From assembly GCA_964016885.1 (NCBI GenBank), contig CAXHJY010000840.1, positions 1 to 22,460 of the forward strand: a stretch of 22,460 bases of DNA, read 5' to 3'. Origin of the DNA: Eledone cirrhosa (lineage: Eukaryota). Below the pieces are notes generated by a model. That model worked only from the letters and a program-made list of their open reading frames with translations. It did not search any database and was not told the DNA's origin. Numbering within the stretch: the first letter of the stretch is position 1; every line of letters begins with the position of its first letter. The translations under genes were made by a program, and so were the position numbers. Shown here piece after piece: positions 16,885-22,460 of this stretch.

Positions 16885-17228
16885 TTTTCTTCACCCATTC
16901 CTGCGAGGGTCGTGGAAGCAGAGTCCTCAAACATTCCCTCCTGGGGATCCCGTCAGAAGCAACTGTCTCCAACTCATCCAGCTGGATCCCCAAGCATGAC
17001 CATCCAAGCTCATAGATGTTATCCAACCATCTTGCTCGTGGTCTACCCCTGGGTCTCCTACCTGTTTGTTTCGCCCGTAAAATCTGTCTAGCAATTCTTT
17101 CCTGAGACATTCTACCCACAGTATTGGAGCTGTGATCTCTCAATTCAGAGACTTAGCAGCTCTACCTGGGTGACTCTCTGATCTCAAGCTACACACTTTA
17201 TCAAGTAACATTACTCCAAAGACCCTTA
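16885..17228 (-). mobile_element. Degenerate 3' fragment of a second RTE-clade LINE (Rex3/Expander-like C-terminus)
   Basis: RMSQERIARQIL...GRRPRGRPRARWLD...LGW..LGI..EL..VA...LLPRP; upstream frameshifted remnants read GVMLLDKV and IERSQL. Confidence 0.8.
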
Positions 17229-17237
17229 ACTAATATA

Positions 17238-17270
<33 letters not shown>

Positions 17271-17276
17271 TATATA

Positions 17277-17352
17277 GTGCCTGCAGTGTGAAGACCACTA
17301 AACAAATCAGAGCAGTACTTGATGCATGGTGAGATGCAGAGTGGGTATATTA
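17277..17352 (-). mobile_element. Possible diverged tail fragment related to the 17552-17629 family
   Basis: Abuts TA/CA repeat and shares GACCA...AGTACTTGATGC...GCAGAGTGGGTA with GACCA...AGTACTCAATAC...GTAGAGTGGGTA. Confidence 0.4.
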
Positions 17353-17517
17353 TTAACTAGAAATGCGCAACCGGTAAAAACTTAAAACTAAATACTAACC
17401 AATACTTATTACTAATTTTTACTTATTCCTAATTAAACTATTTTTCACTGGGAACAGTTTGTCAGCATTTTCTTTTCCATTTTCCAATATATCACAACTC
17501 GTGTGTTACACCTCTAT

Positions 17518-17551
<34 letters not shown>

Positions 17552-17553
<2 letters not shown>

Positions 17554-17740
17554 CGAAGGAAATGTGGTAAGGAACCAGGTGGACCATAACGCACCAAAGT
17601 ACTCAATACTTGAGGTAGTAGAGTGGGTAATAGGAACCAGTAAGACCCAGACAGCTGAGCTCAAGCCGTTTCGACGGCTAATTCTGGACAGAATTAGCCG
17701 TCGAAACGGCTTGAGCTCAGCTGTCGGGGTCTTACTGGTT

Positions 17741-17745
<5 letters not shown>
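17552..17745 (-). mobile_element. (TA)n-embedded short element with 57-bp terminal hairpin (copy A), putative Penelope-like derivative
   Basis: Arms 17630-17686 and 17689-17745 are 56/57 complementary. Homologous in inverted orientation to 21245-21443. (TA)n on both sides. Confidence 0.8.
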
Positions 17746-17775
<30 letters not shown>

Positions 17776-18504
17776 CACTGCAGTGAGGGTATATTAATGA
17801 GGTAGAGGAATATATATATATATATTCTACTCACTATATCAAGACATTTGACACCTCTCGCTTGCAATGACTTTTTTTCTGACAGAATGAGAAAATAGGG
17901 GGGGGGGGGGATCTCTGTTTCTTTTTAAAATCCAAGATGCTTTTTTTTTTCTTTTTTTTTTTTTTTTTTTGTTATTGCAGTTAAAAGAAAAAAGGAGGAT
18001 TTCTTTGTCAGAGATGAGCTCAGGTAAATTTAAAGAGCCAGTCATTCTACATGTATTTAGATTTTCACAGGCTTCTTTCTTTCTTTCTATTCATTCACCT
18101 GTGTTTCTACAAAGCCCTGTATGTTTTATCTGAACTAAATATACCCGACATACATAAATGTGTGTGTGTGTCTGTGTCTGTGTATATATATATATATATT
18201 TGTATATATATATAGTTGTGTGTGTGTGTATATATATATATTTGTGCACGTGTGTGTATGTTCGTGTGTGTGTGTTAACAGTCAGGAGACATGAAATAGT
18301 TGAAAATGCCTTAAGTAACTGGAAGCTATGAGGCATGACACAGGCACATAAAAAGATAGAGGTGATTATTATAATACCTTGTGTATATAAACATCCAATG
18401 TGTTGTGTATGTATAAATAGTATATGTATGTGGTTGTGTTCTGATACAGCTTTCCTCAATAGTAGCAAGAGTTATTACAGTCATAGAATGAAGCCATATA
18501 TATA

Positions 18505-18638
18505 TCTGTGTGTCCTGGGTTCAATAGGGGGTAACCACAGTAAGTAACTTACTCAATACATTAGTAGAGTGTAAATATAATGTTTAATATAGAAATGGCT
18601 TCTACAGGACTAGAACTGTTTCATTCAAAAGAAATCAT
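18505..18638 (-). mobile_element. TA-adjacent short element with truncated hammerhead-like motif, putative Penelope-like
   Basis: Minus strand ATGA-tttc-tttt-gaat-GAAAC-agttcta-GTC; shares TACTCAATAC...TAGTAGAGTG with copy A and a ~45-bp block with 11367-11413. Confidence 0.55.
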
Positions 18639-18687
18639 GCATGGTCCTTCATAATTTCTTAATTAGCAACAAGGTCTTGTATATATA

Positions 18688-19106
18688 GTACAGTAAACAT
18701 TATAAACAGAGGTTATATTACATGTGGGGCTGGACAGAATGTTGTAATACAGTAACATTATAAATATAGGGGTTACATTACATGTGAGACTAGACAATGT
18801 TATATCATAGTCGGTGGATTGGCAGTATCGGTAGAGGGTCGGACGCCATGCTTTGACGCATAGAGTTACGGCCCTTGCCATTCTGAGTTCAAATCTCGCC
18901 GAGGTTAACTTTGTCTTTCATCCTTACGGGGTCGATAAAATAAAGTACCAGTAACACACTGAGTAATTGCTGGCCTTGTGCCAAAAGTAGAAACAGTTAT
19001 ATCATAAACAGGGGTTACATTACATGTGGAGTTGGACACAATGTAATACAGTAACATTATAAACAGAGAGGATTACAATACATGTGGGGCTGGATAAGGT
19101 TATATC
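18688..19106. repeat. ~45-60-bp minisatellite (4 units) interrupted by a SINE
   Basis: Core ATAAA(C)AGRGGTTAYATTACATGTGRGRYTRGA recurs near 18702, 18760, 19004 and 19059. Confidence 0.8.
18810..18995 (+). mobile_element. tRNA-related SINE of a third family, with 11-bp TSD
   Basis: A-box-like TGGCAGTATCGG (18820-18831), B box GAGTTCAAATC (~18885-18895), central CTTTCATCCTTACGGGGTCGATAAAATAAAGTACC. TSD GTTATATCATA at 18799-18809 and 18996-19006. Confidence 0.85.
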
Positions 19107-19440
19107 GAGCAAGAAAGTTTTTACAAAATGCAAATCAAATTTCATAACACTTGAAATAAATATAAAATTATTATAAAACAAAAACTAACGCAAGATATCC
19201 AGCTATACCTCTTTCTCACTTCTATTCTTTCACTCTCTCCTTCTCTGAAGGAAATAAGCTGTATGCAGTCCTGGAGAGAGATGGGCTCAACCAGGTTCTA
19301 AAATGCCCTAGAAACGCCATATGTCAATATGGTGTTCCGACAACTCGTGAGTTAAACGGGTTCATATTCTACCATACCATAGGGACCCACTAGTTAGGTC
19401 CTGTTAGATAACCCCATATTTCTGCCTATCTACTATATCT

Positions 19441-19681
19441 TATATGTTTGTCGGAGATAAGCTGGCTTCTCTCACTCTCTCAACATAAACACACACCGTA
19501 CATTATATATTTTTCGGGGATAATGCCTCTCTCGCACCATACATTCTTTCTTGGAGATGAGCCCCTTTCACCATACATATATTTCTCTTTGTCTATCTAT
19601 CGTCATACATTATATAATTCCTGGGGTTAAGCCTTTCTCTCTCTCGCGCCATACATTATAATATTTCTCGACGATAAGCCT
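19441..19681. repeat. Degenerate ~40-bp tandem repeat (about 6 units)
   Basis: Approximate consensus CCATACATTATATATTTCTCGGGGATAAGCCTCTCTCGCA; units near 19441, 19496, 19537, 19571, 19603 and 19649. Confidence 0.7.
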
Positions 19682-20027
19682 CACCCCTACTATCTCAGAC
19701 AAGACAATGCAACAACGTGCTTCTAATAAGAAGCCTTGGTTGGCGTATGATGATCGCTCGGATAAATATTGACTGGGAACATGCAATGTGCGTGACCGTA
19801 TGGAAGAGCAATGGAATTGATGGATGAAATAGCAACACATCCCAGTATCAGACACCAGGGAATATGGTGTGGAGTAACTTGCTTAAGCCTTTCGTTATAT
19901 TTCTAATGAAAGACAGTTTATGATTTTCAAATAATTTTGAAAACAATCGATTATTTGAAGTGGTTTAGTAATACAAAGGCAGTTTCATGTGGTCTGGTAT
20001 CAACCTCACATATTGCTAGTAGCAGGA

Positions 20028-20160
20028 AAATCTTCCTCAAATCACGGGTTACTATTTTATTTTTTATACAAAAGCTAATGTACTCCTAAATTTATACTAT
20101 GGTTGAATAAAAGGAGCGATAATCACGGCTGGAGTATTTTTATTAGGGTTGCCAACAACA
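20028..20160 (+). mobile_element. Old degenerate dispersed repeat (SINE-like 3' part), related pieces at ~21040-21120 and ~21672-21760
   Basis: AAATCTTCCTCAAATCAC resembles AAATCACCCTCTAATTACAC (21084); GCTAATGTACTCCTA resembles GCTAATGTAGCCCTA (21688); TCACGGCTGGA resembles TCACTACTGGA (21726); ends in CAACAACA. Confidence 0.45.
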
Positions 20161-20590
20161 CATACGAACTAAGGACAAGACAGAACATTCTAGTTCCAAA
20201 TTCAGATCGAACCAAAATTGTTTTATCATACTTTATCTTCCATCAAAGATCGATGAGTTAGTAATCATACGCACATTATAGACATACATAATCACACATA
20301 CATATACAGATACACACATGCAGATAATTATACACATACACACCCAATACAGACACACACATACATAAACATGCATAGACACACACATACATGCACCGAC
20401 ACACGCATATTTGTTTTCTTTATCAATGCCATGTAATCGCAGAAAGTACACAAACACATCTTTTCTTTATTAAGGCCCAGTAATCACAGATCATAAGAAA
20501 ACTCTAGAGTACCAAAAGTCAAACTTGGCCATGAAAATATCTCTACTACGGTATGAGTACTCATTCCTGCTACAGCCAATATTTAGCGGA

Positions 20591-20737
20591 TATGTGTATG
20601 TGTGCCTATCTGTGTGTGTACGTACCTATGTACGTGTATGTGCCTATGTACATGTGCATGTGCCTATGTGCGTGTGTATGTGTATGTGCCTATGTACGTG
20701 TGTATGTGCGTGCGTGTGCCTATGTGTGTGCGCGTGT
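20591..20737. repeat. GT-rich cryptic repeat with recurring GTGCCTATGT
   Basis: Direct reading; about 6 CCTAT-containing units. Confidence 0.8.
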
Positions 20738-21211
20738 AAAAACATTTAAATCGACACAACCCCTGTCGCAGGAAAGAGTTGATCTCACAACACCAAAGTC
20801 CAAAGATGTCTTACCGAGGCACGAAGTTCAGAATGTGGAAATAAGCATGGACCAGTTGCATTGCTATGTTTTGTTGTTTTGTTTTACTATAATGTGACAT
20901 GGTTTTAACTGGGAATCGAAACCATATATAGCATATATATATATATATTAGAATGGAAGGCGAAAGAAAGACTACACTTTGATCTTAGCTAAAAGGCCGG
21001 ACACCACCAGATAATAACGACAGCAACATCTACAACGAGGAAACTACTATGTGGTCTCAAGATATGCTAGACCTAGTAGCTAAATCACCCTCTAATTACA
21101 CCTAACACCGTCAAAGGACAGGGGCACATCTCTCTCTCTCATATTTATATATGAATAAAATTAGTCCTTCATCAGTGATCTTCCAGCCTTCATTGGTATT
21201 TCTTCGCTTTG

Positions 21212-21244
<33 letters not shown>

Positions 21245-21249
<5 letters not shown>

Positions 21250-21442
21250 AACAAGTATGACCCCGACAGTAGAGCTCAAGCCGTTTCGACGGCTAATTGT
21301 GGACGAGTCCAGAATTACCGTCGAAACGGCTTGAGCTCTGCCGTCGGGGTCATACTTGTTCCTATTACCCACTCTACTACCCTAAGTATTGAATACTTTG
21401 GTGCGTTATGGTCCATCTGGTTCCTTACCACATTTCTTTCGT

Positions 21443-21443
<1 letters not shown>
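21245..21443 (+). mobile_element. TA-flanked short element with ~60-bp terminal hairpin (copy B), putative Penelope-like derivative
   Basis: Arms 21245-21304 and 21307-21365 (3 mismatches, 1 indel). The unique part 21366-21443 differs from copy A 17552-17629 at 5 of 78 positions. Confidence 0.8.
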
Positions 21444-21446
<3 letters not shown>

Positions 21447-21497
<51 letters not shown>

Positions 21498-21498
21498 G
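21447..21498. repeat. (GT)n microsatellite
   Basis: Direct reading. Confidence 0.95.
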
Positions 21499-21663
21499 TT
21501 TAGCCCCAGGTAGATGCTGACCTGATTAATCTAGGATAGGTGTTTCGGACATGACACACATGAGTGTGTGCATTCGTGTGAGCGTGAGCATACGTGTGTG
21601 TGTGTCAAACACCTTCGATCATAGATTAATCAGGTCAGGTTTTCCCTGAGGCTAAACAACAAC
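21498..21663. repeat. Imperfect inverted repeat (~50-bp arms) with an (AAC)n end on the right
   Basis: CTGACCTGATTAATCTA (21517-21533) pairs with TAGATTAATCAGGTCAG (21622-21638); also GTTTAGCCCCAGG/CCTGAGGCTAAAC and AGGTGTTT/AAACACCT. Confidence 0.8.
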
Positions 21664-21789
21664 AAACTCCAAAGAAAGGACACATTAGCTAATGTAGCCC
21701 TACACAGTCATAAAAAGATGAGGTGGTCACTACTGGAATGTTTTTTATCTGGGACTAAAATACGTAGAAAATAGCTGCCACAAAGCGAC

Positions 21790-21980
21790 TAGGGAGAGAA
21801 ACGGAGACTAGCGAGAGAAAGAGAAAAGTGAGGAACAGAGACTATATATATAGAGAGAGAGAGTGAGGGAGGGACAGAAACTAGAGAGAGTGAGTGATGG
21901 ATTGGGACTAAAGAGAATGAAAGTAAATGAGAGAGAAAGAGGGAGAAAAGAGAGAGAAAGAGGGAGAAAAAAGAGAGACT
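21790..21980. repeat. GA-rich low-complexity (mostly polypurine) tract
   Basis: Direct reading; includes GAGAGAGAAAGAGGGAGAAAA twice. Confidence 0.8.
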
Positions 21981-22460
21981 GCTATGACAAGTGCTCTGTG
22001 GGTGATGTATGTGAGTGTGTATGTGATTATAAATATGTATGTATTGTACTATATACATATGTATTTATACGTATATATATTAATAAGTACACACGCACAC
22101 ATACAAACACGTATATGCATATATACGTGTGTGTAGAAGACATAATAGATGGAAGTAAAAGGACAACAACACTCCGGAACGAATTAAGAAACATCTAATA
22201 AATAACATTTTTTTTAAAGCAATAAGTTTTCATTCAAAAATATTTGTGAATTTTCTTTAACACTTCTTTTCTGTGGAAACTGAATCAGTGTGTGTGTATA
22301 TATATCTATTAATTTCACGCTTGGAGGGAGTAGAGATGTGTGCGTGTGTGTACATACATACACACACGCACCTCACTCCACTTCTTCCAAGCGTGAAACT
22401 AATACACTTCATGTTATTGCATCCTCTTGTTCGTTTTTTTTTGTTTCCTTGATTTATACA

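Noticed and set aside
18688-19681. CRISPR-like repeat/spacer arrays
   Set aside because: Degenerate tandem units without constant repeats or unique spacers; eukaryotic context and no cas genes.
20553-20897. 114-aa ORF with non-repetitive C-terminal half
   Set aside because: The N-terminal half is GT repeat; no recognisable domain or convincing splice signals.

Overview
Repeat-dominated eukaryotic DNA with no recognisable host protein-coding gene. The SINE types, LINE mix and extreme (TA)/(CA) microsatellite load suggest an octopus or other cephalopod (inference), probably intronic or intergenic. Contents: the 3' end of an RTE LINE with a PHD finger inside its RT region (1-808); five tRNA/CORE-type SINE copies; a ~6.6-kb compound microsatellite that continues beyond a decayed CR1-group LINE ORF2 (8182-11275); two young 5'-truncated Tx1/L1-type LINEs inserted into a TATC/TA satellite at matching junctions; a 200-bp fold-back MITE-like palindrome; a second RTE fragment; and several minisatellites. 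The most unusual item is a set of short (TA)n-associated elements carrying hammerhead-ribozyme 3' halves (Penelope-like, by inference). Two of them end in near-perfect ~57-60-bp hairpins whose arms change in concert between copies. All very long ORFs in the ORF track are microsatellite artefacts.
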